DNA from: Azolla caroliniana
Taxonomy: Eukaryota; Plantae; Polypodiophyta
Length of the DNA: 64,000 nt
Direction: 5' to 3'
Assembly (NCBI GenBank): GCA_043228905.1
Contig: JBHGNT010000022.1
Location: 10,540,001-10,604,000 of the forward strand
The notes beneath the pieces are model-generated. The model did no database searches. It was given only the letters and a program-made list of their open reading frames with translations, and was not told the DNA's origin. The position numbers and the translations under genes are program-made. Of this stretch, positions 10,465 through 22,700 are shown one piece after another; the stretch's first letter is position 1; the number at the start of each line of letters is the position of its first letter.

Positions 10465-11165
10465 TGTTAGGAAACAGGTCCCTCCGGATGGAAAGTGAGA
10501 AGAACAGTGTTGATGATCTACCTCGGCCGAAACCGGATGTGGACTACCCGGCAACAGAAGACCCAGTGAGAACCGGATGTGGAGTACCCGGCAATGGAAG
10601 ACCCGGTGAGAACCGGATGTGGAGTACCCGGCTACGGAAGACTCGGTGAGAACCGGATGACGAGTACCCGGCAAGAGCCGGATGGTGAAGGCCTGGTGAG
10701 AAGTGCTCACCGGATGAAGGGACATATCTGTAAATATATTTTCTGAGAGTCCATCGGGGCTATATTTGTAAATAGTCGAAAAGTCATATTAGTATAAATA
10801 TGACTTAGGGCAAACTTAGTGGTATTGTAGTTGTCATTCTTGTTGGTGCAAGATTTGAGTGCATAACTGTGTACAGAGAGAGAGAGAGAGAGGAAGAGGT
10901 CGTTGCCTCTGTTGTAACCGCCGCCTGTGGTGAAGATAGCAAGCTCGAGGTCGTTGCCTCGGTGCTTTACTATTGTACATTCTGATATAGTGATAGTTTG
11001 CAGTATGTGGGCTGTCGTGGTTTTTCCCTAGTTTGGGTTTTCCACGTTAACATCCTATGTAGTCTTCTCTTCACTGTGTTGTGCGTACCTTACCCGTTTT
11101 TCTGTGTTTGATCCTAGACTCGGTTGTGGCCGAGCGTTGTGCTTAGGGAACGTGTATTCCTATCA
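10465..11165 (+). mobile_element. Solo LTR (701 bp)
   Basis: TGTTAGGA...TCCTATCA ends, TSD CTTCC (10460-10464, 11166-11170), TATAAATA near 10793, GGGTTTTCCACGT motif. It interrupts the Copia gag. Confidence 0.9.
10531..10690 (+). repeat. 40-bp tandem repeat (about 4 copies) in the U3 region of the solo LTR
   Basis: AACCGGATGTGGAGTACCCGGCAAYGGAAGACCCGGTGAG units start at 10531, 10571, 10611 and 10651. Confidence 0.92.
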
Positions 11166-11881
11166 CTTCCAACGTCTTGCTTTTCGATTGGACGTGGTTC
11201 TCTTTGACCAATAGCATTGATTGAAGGTTGAAAAACGAAGGAGGGGTTTCTCTCGCTAAGATAGCCGTCCTCAACGAGTCGAATCGTTGAGCAAGACCGG
11301 CCAAGCATACTTGAACCATGTCGTCTTCGTCAACGTTTATGTTGACGAGTTGAATGCTCTTGATCTTGGTAGTGTAGTCCGACACAAACATATCTCTTTG
11401 TCGAATGTTGTTCAACTTCTATCAGAGTTGAAGCTTTCGGGCGGTCTTGTTGGTGGTGAACATCTTCTTCAAGTTCTCCCACACCACTTTAGGTGTCTTG
11501 GCATCTCGAATGTGGCTAAGCATGTGGTCGTGGACACATGTTGCCAAGCAATACATGATTCGACTCGCCATTTGCTCCCATGTTGCGTAGTCGGCATTCT
11601 TTGGGTCGTTGATGTAGCTCCAATACCTTTGGCCAACTAGGTATTGGTTCATCTTGTACTCCCAAGATGAATAATTGCTCTGGCCAACTAGGGTCTTCAT
11701 TTGTGTGTTCATGTTGATTAGTGTCTTCTCTTCTTTTTCTTCTTTGGCTTTTCTTCCATCGATCACATACACGTGCTACGTAGCGGCACGAGGGTAGTAG
11801 ATAGCCCAAATTTATCGTCGGCGTTTCGACCACACAATCACAAAGAGTCGGGTGGGCTTAGTAGATTTTCTAAACCACACG

Positions 11882-14800
11882 TGTTACCCGGCCGGCAAAG
11901 GAGTTGAAGACCAGAATGTAAAAGGGATTGTTTATTCGGAATCTATTATAATTAAGTAGTTTATGAGACGTGAACGGACGGACCGGAATCAGTATGCCGA
12001 TCCGGATCCGGACCGGTTCCGAACAGGTGCCGGTTGGCACCGTTTTGTACTCAGCACCGGTGACCTATATAAAGGCCAGGTTACAATGTAAAACTTTGAT
12101 GGATAATTAATAGAGCTTCTTGTGTTGATTACCGTTCTGTGCTAATTGTTCTATCATATGCGTGTATCAAGTCTAATGCCATATTGCTAAGTAACCAATT
12201 AAAGTCTAATTAATTGTTGAGTCTTAAGTTATCTCGTCGTAGCACCCCTTTGGTGAAGTGTCTTCCGTAGACACCTTGTGTTAGGCCATTGTCCGGCCCT
12301 AAGGAATAACACAGTTTTTGGCAACCACGATTCCTGCATAATCACAGCGAACAGTGGCAGGAATGGATGACTAGACCAACGAATGACCCGGTTACGGAGC
12401 GAGCAAGGAGACTTGCTGAACGGCTGAGGAAGCGAGAAGCTTTCCAGCAAGCGGCAGAAGAGATCAGAGCGGATCGCTCATTTTCCAAGGTGATCTGGAG
12501 AGTGGCCAAGGAGTCACTTCGTTCACAACAAAACGACTACCCGGACGAAGGAAGCAGCCTAAGCAGCCTTCAAGAAGCGGAATCCCTTCTCCAGGCATTG
12601 GCAACGGGCGAAGGCGAATCCGAAGCATTTTCAGCTTTTGAATCGGATTCGAAAGGGGAATACAACGCGCATACAAACTACTGTAGCAATAAAGACACCC
12701 CAAACGGACCGGAGGACGAGCAGTCGGATTCCTTGCCGACATCGGAACCAGAATTGACAAGGCTGGAGCCTCCGGCACCGAAAGTCGAGGAGGAGAGGCC
12801 TCCAACACCGAAAGAGGAACAGGAAAGACCTCTGATGCCGATAGAGGAGCGGGCAAGACCTCCGACGCCGACAGAGGAGGAAAGACCACTGACACCACCT
12901 TCCCGCGTACCGACACCAGACGACGATATGTCATTCCAATATCCCAGATATCGGGATGATCCGGACGCGGAAGCCCACGTCCATGCGTTTCAACAGACTT
13001 GGGAGGCAAACCATGTGTCCCAACGCTTAAATGCGGCCGAAGAGGAACGTCAAAAATGGGAGAGTTCGGCATGACCCTGGAGGGACCGGCTGCTAGATGG
13101 CACCGAACACAAGATCCCAGCACCATCCCCATGTTTGAAGCATTAAAGACCAAATTCTTGCATTTCTTTCACAAGGAGATGGACCAATGGGAAATGGTAG
13201 GCCTATTTTACATTATCCGGCAGGAACCAATGGAGAACATTCAACAGTTTGTCATCCGGTTCCAGTGGATCCATAGTCAACTCAGTCGGGCACCTCCGGA
13301 GGAAGAAACAAAGGCCATATTCTTAGCAGCACTCTAGGAACCCTTATGAACAGTGTGCACCGTCATTGATTTCCGCACCAGCAACATAGATCAAGTGATC
13401 GACCAAGTTCGGGAAATGGAAAAATCAAGTTCATGGCTAACCATGGGCGCACTTCAACGTGCACTACCGACAGATGAGGACCTCCGCTTCCAGCAAGCAA
13501 TTCAATGTACGACATGCCTGAATGCCGGACATTCGGCGTTGGAATGCACCATGCATTTCCAATGCTTGCTCTACCAATCCAGAAGTCACACAATGGAACG
13601 GTGTGAGTATAACTTGTTAAATCGGCAAGCACCAGTGGTCTGGCAAATTGAACCACGAAGCAACCGGGAGGAAGAAGAAGAATTGGCCAAAATGACCTTA
13701 ACCGGACCACAGATCCAAGCACCGGTGACTCCGGTAGATGTACAGAATGAAGACACACCAACACCTGTACATAGTAATAAGACCCCGGAGATGGAACCAG
13801 TCCCGAAGACAGTGGCGACGCAAGCGAAAGAGCTTGCCAAATTGAAAGATGAACTGGCCGCACAAGAAGCATTACGCACTTGAGAAAGGGACTTGAAGAA
13901 AGCAGTGGAAGAAGAACAAAGAAAGATTGTTGAGAACCTCCGCCGGGCAGAAGAAAATCTGTGGAAAGGACATCAGGCATATGAACGGCTTAAGGAGGAG
14001 AAAGAGAAAGTGTTGCAAGAAAAGGATAAGTTGCGACGAATGGCGGAAATGGAGATTGAAAGACTTAAAGAAGAACTCTGTCAACAGAAAGATCGAGAAG
14101 ACCGCGCTCACCGGCAACTCAACCAGAAGTTGAAGCAGAAGACCGATGATTTTGAGCACCTACACCGGGACTATAAGCACCTGGATATGGAGCATAAGAA
14201 GCAACAGGAGAAGATGGCAGAGCTCCAGCAGGAAGTTCATCGAGCCGAGACAACGCTAGCTGATGAACGGGCTGAAAGAACAACGCTACTGGAGGAAGCC
14301 GTACAGGAATGTATGGAGCTCCATAAGCAGCATTATGAAGAAAAGGAAAGAGTGACAATGGTATTGCAGAGGTTGTAGAACACCTACCAAAACCAATTGT
14401 CACATTACTGGGAGCAGGAGGCGGACACGGTGATGTTGATCAAGCAATTGAAGGAAGAACGGCAAGCCGCGGAGGACAAATCGAAGATGGGACTTGAGCG
14501 GATCCAGTTCATTGTCCAGGCATGGAGGAACAAGACAAAACGCTTGATTGACAAAAGCTCCACGCAATGGTGGGACAAATGGGCAAAGCAAACAGTCGAG
14601 CTCCAGTTGCTAAGGGCGGACGCTAAAAACCAGCAGAAGGATGGCGACAACTACGACATGCTAACAAAGGAGGACTTCATCGTCGTAAGAGATGAGTTAG
14701 CAGAAGACTTTGTAACTCTGGCGGAGGAACAGTCAGCACTGGTCTGACAACTGGTAGCACAGCTAGACGATGATCGACTGGATGCTCAAATCCAGTTTGA

Positions 14801-15624
14801 AAGCTATGAGTGAACCAGGCTACAGCAAGAAGAAGCAAAGCAGGCGGCGACCGTCAACCTCAGCGATGAGGAGCCATCGTCGAGGCAAGGACCGGACAGA
14901 GACAAGACCGGGGCGAGTCAACCGGAGTCAAATCCGGCAGAGCAGCTGACGAAGGAATCACCGCCACAACCGCCGGTACCGGGAGCCGAACAGACGCCAT
15001 CCAAGGAGCAACAGTCGAAGGATCTAGGGCCGGAGCAACAGTAGCCACAGCCACAACAGCAGCAACAACAGATTCCCGAAGAACCATTGGACATCCTACA
15101 ATAGAGTATTCTGGATATCTTGGACGAAGTCTAAGGGCCAGTTAGTGGGATTCGACGTACAAGGTACTGTCCCACGGGCATGCCATGTGTTACCCGGTCG
15201 GCAAAGTAGTTAAAGACTAGAATGTAAAAGGGATTGTTTATTCGGAATCTATTATAATTAAGTAGTTTATTAGACGTGAACGGACGGACCGGAATCGGTA
15301 TGCCGATCCGGACCGGTTCCGAACAGGTGTCGGTTGGCACCGTTTTGTACTCAACACCGGTGACCTATATAAAGGCCCGGTTACAATGTAAAACTTTGAC
15401 GGATAATTAATAGAGCTTCTTGTTTTATCTTTAAGTGTTGATTACCATTCTATGCTAATTGTTCTATAATACGCGTGTATCAAGTCTAATGCCATATTGC
15501 TAAGTAACCAATTAAAGGTTGATTAATTATTGAGTCTTAAGTTATCTTGCCGTAGCACCCCTTTGGTGAAGTGTCTTCCGTAGACATCCTGTGTTAGGCC
15601 ATTGTCCGGCCTTAAGGAATAACA
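11882..15624 (+). mobile_element. Non-autonomous Ty3/Gypsy derivative: gag followed in frame by a long coiled-coil ORF, no pol
   Basis: LTRs at 11882-12311 and 15188-15624 (TGTTA...TAACA). TSD ACACG. PBS-like TGGCAACCACGA (Arg-type). Gag carries CTTCLNAGHSALEC and is homologous to the gag at 34300-34930. Confidence 0.9.
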
Positions 15625-16254
15625 ACACGCTCTGATACCATGTTAAGATTTAGGTGATTAACTATGGTTTAATTAGTACCTAATTACGTAATTAAGTTAA
15701 GCGGAAGATTATGTGATATGTGTGTGTATATGTGTGAGAGGAAGAGATAGAGGAAGTTAACACTATGAACAACGAGACAAGATGGGGGATGATTAACTAT
15801 ATTAAAAGCATCATCAAATACAAAAATACCTACAATGAGGTATATATAGATTTCATGTGCAAGAGTGCACATGTGTGAGGAGAATATAGGTACACATGTA
15901 TAAGTCCTAGATTAAATGTACTTGGGAGTGGAGGATCTAGAATATCCCACTTAAGTACAAGGTCATATTTAAGGCGTTATAGTGAACACTTCTAAGTAGA
16001 TTCTATCTAGGTAACTACTAACTTACATGGTTGACTAACTAACTAACTATAGTTGAGCTTGATATCTCAACACTATGTTTTAAAAAATTATCAGAATGCC
16101 CCTGAAGTAATAAATATTGTAGTACTACAAATTAGGTTGACAAATCTTGAAAAATGAGAACAATTTTAGGGGTATTTATTCTGGTAAAATTTTGATAACC
16201 TAGAAATATTCTAGTAAACATCCAAAATTTAGGGGGCAATAGTCTGGTGATAAA

Positions 16255-16865
16255 TGATGGATTTTGCACTCAGACATAAAATCAACAGATATATTGAGAC
16301 ACAAGCAACACACGATTTACGTGGAAAACCTTGATTCTAGGGAAAAACCATAGTGTACAACGATTTCCACTATGAGAAAAAGAAAAGGTACAAGCATAGA
16401 ATGATAGAACCTGATTGAGTATGAATATACTCCCAGGTTGTTGTCTGAAACCACAGTTTCAGCCGAGAACTTCAACCTAGCTCTTGGTATTTGCCTCTTT
16501 CGAAGGTTTCAAAGCTTCTTTGTTCTGTCTCTCTTTTCTCCTCTATTTCACCCTTTTTTTCTAGCTTCCTCTCACACTTAGCTACAAAGCTATGTCTCTC
16601 ACACACAGCCACCACTGTGTTAGCTCTCTGTTTTTCTTCCCTGAGTCACGTACACTCTCCCTCGCACTCACTCACATTGACTTCACTCTCGCGCTTCTCT
16701 CACTGTTATACTCTCTATTCGTTCTCCCAAATACATATGCAGGTAATACAACTATGTCTATATCTACTAACCTAACACACACACACACATATTTGTCCAT
16801 TTGGCCGAGTCTCATTTCGGCTTTTCGGCCGACTCCCCCATAAGGAGGGACAACCTTACACAACA
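16255..16865 (-). mobile_element. Solo LTR, same family as the Copia LTR at 27678-29768
   Basis: TG...CA ends and TSD ATAAA (16250-16254, 16866-16870). Shared blocks AACCTGATT..CCAGGTYGTTGT.TGAAACC and ATTTCGGCTTTTC.GCCG..TCCCC...GGAGGG. Confidence 0.85.
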
Positions 16866-16956
16866 ATAAATTTACCTATAAAGAAGCCCTAGGCAACCTC
16901 TCCTACCCTCTTAGGGTTTTGTATGGCTTTTGATATTTGTTGATGGGGTGGCACAG

Positions 16957-17428
16957 ATCAAATTGGTTTAACATCTGATGAAGTTGTTGGCAAGATTCTT
17001 GCAACTCCGGATATTGCAGCATCTTTACAAAATCCAAAAGTTATTGAAGCCATAATGGATTCAACACCTCCCCTTAATTATAACTATAGCTTCCGAAGGA
17101 AGAACTTATGTTTTTCTTTTTTGCATTTTTCCATACATACCCTTGGTTGACAAAGTCTGGTTTGACTTACATATGTATGGAACCTTGTTTGTTTATTTCA
17201 ATGTTCCCAAAATCCACTAAATATAACTAAGTATCAAAACGACAAGGGGGTATACTATGTTTGCTAAACTCTCCGATCATACAACATTGGTAACTATTTG
17301 TTTGTATTTGGTCCTTATTCACTATATTTAACCTAATGGAATACATATACGATTTTGGTATACAAGTCATGAATGCACTTCTCAAGATTGCAGAGCTTTT
17401 TCCAGGGGCCATGGGCCCACCTTTTTAG
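16957..17428 (+). pseudogene. TIC40: Fragment of a TIC40-like chloroplast translocon co-chaperone gene (last three exons, STI1/Hop domain)
   Basis: 16957-17060 DQIGLTSDEVVGKILATPDIAASLQNPKVIEAIMD; 17202-17249 CSQNPLNITKYQNDKG; 17366-17428 VMNALLKIAELFPGAMGPPF*. This matches the recalled Tic40 C-terminus (QIGLTPEEVISKIM.NPDVA.AFQNP...CS.NP.NI.KYQNDKEVM.VF.KIS.LFPG). Two acceptors read CAA and one donor is lost. Confidence 0.8.
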
Positions 17429-17804
17429 GTTATACCCAAAGTAAAAAGAAAGAGATAATACCTTACTGTAGCTTTGTAACGTTCTTTTATTACATAAGAT
17501 ATGGCAACGACTTTCTTCTTCAACAATAGGTTTTTAAGGAGAGCCGTAATGGCACACAAATCATTCATTTGAAAGCCTTATTTTTCTGTGGGTTAGCTTC
17601 CATATCAAAGAGGTGGATCGAAGACGAGAGATGATCTTGGTTGATGCTTTTATTTTAAACATTGTTATTTGAAATCCCTCTGGTTATTATCACATGTGTT
17701 GTATTCTATATTTTAGATGCAAATCAAAAGATGAGGAAGTTTTGATGTATCTTATTTCAATTCGAGTGAAATGATATATTCGTGGTAAAGCCACCAATAA
17801 TTTC

Positions 17805-17950
17805 CTATACAAAAATGCTTTTCCTTTTGTCAAATCCATGCATTTTTTTGTACAATATACTGGTTTGCAAAAATGTTTTTCCTTGTCAAATACATGATTT
17901 TTTTGTACAATATACAGGTTTGCAAAAATGGTTTTCCTTTTGTCAAATCC
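17805..17950. repeat. About 56-bp tandem repeat (2.5 copies)
   Basis: TTTTTTGTACAATATACWGGTTTGCAAAAATG.TTTTCCTT(T)GTCAAAT repeated. Confidence 0.75.
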
Positions 17951-18339
17951 CAAAGTGCATGCTACTACTAAAGGCCAACTAATAGTGCATTGGTAGCTAA
18001 ATTAGACATGTTTGTATGGGAGTGGTAGTGCATGAAGAAACGTGCACTAATTTCCTCTTTATCTTATTGTCAATACAAAATCTTCACCTCAAGAGAACCA
18101 TCACGAACATCACATTTTTAACTAGCATGTTGCTTGTCAATCATGTATCTGGTTGCGATAATAATTCTTGACGAACAATGCGCACAAAAGACTTTAGATG
18201 AGGCACGCCCAATAAAAATTAACTTATATTGTTAATAAAGAGAGAAATCAAGAAATACATTATTATCATACTCTCGTATTCATTTTGATCACATTCTTTC
18301 CCAATAGATGACTTAATACTAACCGGCCTTTCTTTAATT

Positions 18340-18755
18340 CCCCTCACTAGTTCCAATATGAGTAGTCTTGTTCGTAGAGGCCTTACATTACTTCGCAATC
18401 AATCTTACAAGTTAGGTATTGAAGTTGCATCATGGTATCAAAATGTGACGAATTTGAAGGCATGTAAAGTATGCAATGAAGGCATGGTAGAGGATGAATC
18501 TCACTTGCTCTTCACATGCTCGACATATAGTGCAATTCGTTCAAGATATGTTGACATACTAAAAGGGAGTGATAACTTAAGTGCCATACTTACGACACCA
18601 CCTAGAACGTTGAGCTCATATGTGTACGCTTTATTCACACATAGAGACTTTGTGCTTCAATGTATGAATACCCCGTCTTAGGAATGAGACACATATCAAG
18701 AACACATGGTCAAATTTGGCCTCTTTATGGACGATAAAAATTCTAATTCTAATAT
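18340..18755 (+). mobile_element. 5'-truncated LINE (C-terminal zinc finger + 3' tail), different subfamily from 1-9805
   Basis: SYKLGIEVASW..CKVCNEGMVEDESHLLFTC, followed by a GGTCAAATTTGGCC hairpin, GACGATAAAA and an ATTCTA repeat. Confidence 0.8.
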
Positions 18756-19719
18756 TGTGTTTAGCATTCTTGGCTCTCCAAGTATTAAATAATGCATTAA
18801 AATTTATCTTTACTCTTTTTCTTAGTCATTGTAAGCTTCTGCAATTGGAAGAAGTGTATTGGGTGTTGAAAGTAGAGAGCCATTGGATGCATGGGAAGAG
18901 TGGGGTAGCCAATCATGAGGATCCTAGATAGAAGGCTCTAGGTCATTCATACTGTGTGGTACATTTGATGGAATGGTTGTTGGTGAATTGCTTATGGAAA
19001 TATGCATGGCCAACTACATCTAAAAACCGTCTTTCATTATGCGAGCCTAAATGGAGAAAGAATTTCACTTCTAATCAAGAGATTGTGGTTTAGAGCCCCA
19101 TTGGCCATGCACCATAGTTAGGTACATGTATTGGGAGGACATTATCATAAATGTGTTGACAGTCTCCAAATCTTTATTCAATGCAAGTTTATTTTTCTAG
19201 TAAATATTTTACTTTAGTAGAGCATGTCATACATAAAAAGATGTTTTTTGATTTAGGACAACCATAAGTACAAGAATACAACAAATATTTCTTTCTAGGT
19301 AAGTAATGTGCTGCATTAAATGGAAAAATGAAATTTGAGGACTAACTTTCTTGTGATTTTTGAAACCTTGTGGGTGCCTATATTCCTATGTGAGAGCACA
19401 TCAAGTTAACTTATTGATGCAATTCTAATGTTGATGGTGGTAAACCTAAAACACATGCGTTGCAAACAAGCATTTGTGAGTTGGCTGAAACAATTATTCC
19501 AATAACTAAAAATAGTACCCAATTTTGCTAATAATCAAGCATACTTCTTACATACATATAAACATAATTTTGGTTACTTCACGTCACCAAAATCCATAGT
19601 TTTTCCATTGAAGGGTACACACAAGGTTTTCTCGTAGCTTGCAGAAGGAGAAGTTATCCGATGAATAAAGAAAACAATACAATAAGATATGATCATTTGT
19701 CATTATGACTTTAATTAGT

Positions 19720-22700
19720 TCATCGAGCTCGCACATTCGTTGAAGAAAGAAATTCTCCTGTTGTGGCAGGTGAAACTCCAATGTAACTAGATTCTAATCT
19801 TATGGCATCCATCAATTCACTACAAACAATATTCATTGTAGGTCGCGTGCTCCCCTCATAATGGACACATGCCATTGCTATTTCCACCACTTTCCATATA
19901 GATGATACGTTATAATCATTCCCAAGTCTTTTGTCAACAATTTTCTCTATTTCACCTTGCTCATAGTACGGTTTCACCTACAACGCTCCAAATCAAAATT
20001 GTGTTGGTAATCTACAAAATATTCCCTAAGCTGAAATATTCATAAATGATGTTTACCCATTGGGATATGTGAATGTTAGTATCTCCTGTTTGTGTGTCTC
20101 TTACTAAAGGAAGTTGACCACACATAGCTTCGAACAAAACTACCCCAAAACTATATACGTCAACTTTTTCTGTCAATTTGAATGTCGTTGCATACCTAGT
20201 TTAAAAGTCCATTGAAAGAAGTCATGATTTTGGGGAAATAATTTGTGGTTTCACAAACTACATTCTTGATAAAAACTTCAAGTTTTACTCCTAGCATCAA
20301 AAGCTACTGCAAATGGGTGTGCTAATTAAGATTAAATAATTTAAAATGTATGCATAAAGGGAATATATGAAAACATACTCAGGATCCAAATATCCCATGC
20401 TACCGATCAACCTTGTCGAGATGACCTCGGCATTGGCTTGTAGCCTTGATATTCCAAAATCAGACATTTTTCCTTCAAACCCTTTTGTCAACAAAATGTT
20501 ACTACTCTTGACATCCCTATGGATGATCAAAGAGTTGCATCCAGTGTGTAGATAAGCAAGACCTACAACCAAAACCTTTTAAGATGAGATTAGACTTTTG
20601 AAAGCTTTCAAACACCATAAATGTACCCATGCACTCATTGACTAAACCTTAATTTAACTAAACTTTTTCACCTTGAGCAGCATCTAACAAAATTTGCAAT
20701 CTCTCTCTCCACTTCAAGGCTATTGTCCGTGTATTGCCTTCATTGTTTTTCATGAAACACATTTCAAAGTGTTATTATTTTGTACAAAACTACAATCAAG
20801 TAACACATAATGTATAATATAAAAAATAATGTCATGATCTCTTATTGTGTTACCTTAGGTATATATTATGATGATATATTTTAGAGGAGTTGTTATGATA
20901 CTTACCAAAAAGAGCATCGAAAAATGATCCCTCTGACATATATTCATAAACAAGTACCAGCTTATTGTCAATACAATATCCTACCAACTCCACGAGGTTC
21001 TTATGATGCACTCGAGAGAGAAGAGTTACCTATAGTCCAAACGTTAACAAAAAAAACAAATTAGCAAGTGTCCACCAGGAATTCCCCCATCATTCCTTGT
21101 AACAAGTCACGAATCAAGAATGACGTGTATATGTGCGAGAATTCATTTTTGCAAATACCTCATTGAGAAATTCTTCTACTCCTTGGTGTGATGTAGTGGA
21201 TAAAACTTTAACTGCTACAACCACTCCATTCTTCAAAATGCCTTTATATACAATGCCAAAACCACCTTTACCAAGGATTGTTTTGAAATTGTTGGTCGCA
21301 ATTCGAATGTCTTCAAAACTAAAGCTTTGTGCAACATTTGTAGCTTCAAGTACTCTTGTATGGCTAACAGCTATACAAGATATGCAGGAAATATGAGCTC
21401 ATTTATAAGCAATAGATTAAAGTTAAATTAAATTCCAAATTATTATGGACTTGTGATACTGTAAATTGACCCTATGACCCTATAAATTATGAAACCTTTC
21501 ATGATGAAATGACAAGAACTCTGAATTGGTATTCATATTTAACACAAGAATACTTCTCCAATCACCATGTTTGTAAGAAACTATTGTTTTGGCTACTTAT
21601 TCGTTTTCATTTGAGCATTAAAAGAGCATATCTAATAGGGTTAGATTTGGGGAACATGCACATATGCACGTGACTAATATGCACTATGGCTTCCTAAAAA
21701 CTCCACATAAATAGAGGTATTGGCCCACAAATGCTCAGATTAATCTAGCACAACATGGTAATGAAGGTCGGCTAATTTGGTGATTGAGATGGAGTACTTT
21801 CATTGATGGCAAACAATGATCCATGAGATAAACACAAATATGTTTGCATAACTTGAAGGCCACAATCAAAGTATATGAGGCATCAATTTTGGGCCCTATG
21901 AGATGTCGGAATTGAGGATTGTTAAAGATGTTGGTAGATGTTATCAATTTCTATCATAAACATATAATTTAGATTTAAACTTTTCTAGATTTAGGCCTTA
22001 AATGGGTACATCTTATGGATTTACAACAAAACATAGATATAAAGCACCTTGGACTAGATTAAGTATTGATGTTTACGGATATAGAACTAAAGACATAATC
22101 ATTACCATGATCTAGGTAGTCTGTTTTAGTTGTATTTAGTTGAGTTGTCTTTTCATGACTTGTGGATTGTTGAGGAGTTTGTCGCCTCTTCCACACAAAC
22201 ATACATAAAACTATTATCACAATAAGTACAACTAAAACACCACACACTATTCCAATAATCAATGGTGTGTTATTTTTTGGTGTTGAAACTGGTGGAATGC
22301 TCAAGCAACTAGCATTCGTTGCAAGGCACAAAAAGTTGTTTCCTTCGTACCTACACATGATTATATTAACACTCAATTACTTGTTAATCACAAAAGATGT
22401 TTTCAATAACACAATATATTTGTGACAACACAAATGATATTATATTGTACTCAATTACACAATTAGGAAAGTCAGTAACATACTTGAAAACAAGCCCTTC
22501 CTTTTGTTGTAGTGTAATTGGAATCACTCCACTAAAGTTGTTGTGTGCCAAATCACTAGAAATGAATGATAATGAGAATAAAACAATAAAATGTTTGTGA
22601 TTTTAGAGAAAATGAGGATTCTTACAGATATTTCAACTTTTTCAAATTCCCAAGTGAAGCTGGGATTGGTCCATTCAATTTGTTATTGCTCAAATTCCTG

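Larger units (their letters stand above)
9921..16072 (-). mobile_element. Ty1/Copia 5' half (5' LTR 15641-16072, Met-i PBS, gag, protease), interrupted by insertions; its 3' part lies left of the window
   Basis: PBS GCTCTGATACCA at 15629-15640. Gag reads NYSSWEYKMNQYLVGQ..TWEQ..KTPK..WENL. Protease reads WFVDS...HMTSHEEWF at about 10075-10000. Homologous to the element at 40261. Confidence 0.88.

Noticed and set aside
10531-10690. Regular 40-bp repeats as a CRISPR-like array
   Set aside because: Units are contiguous with no unique spacers, lie inside a TSD-bounded LTR in eukaryotic DNA, and no cas-like ORF is present.
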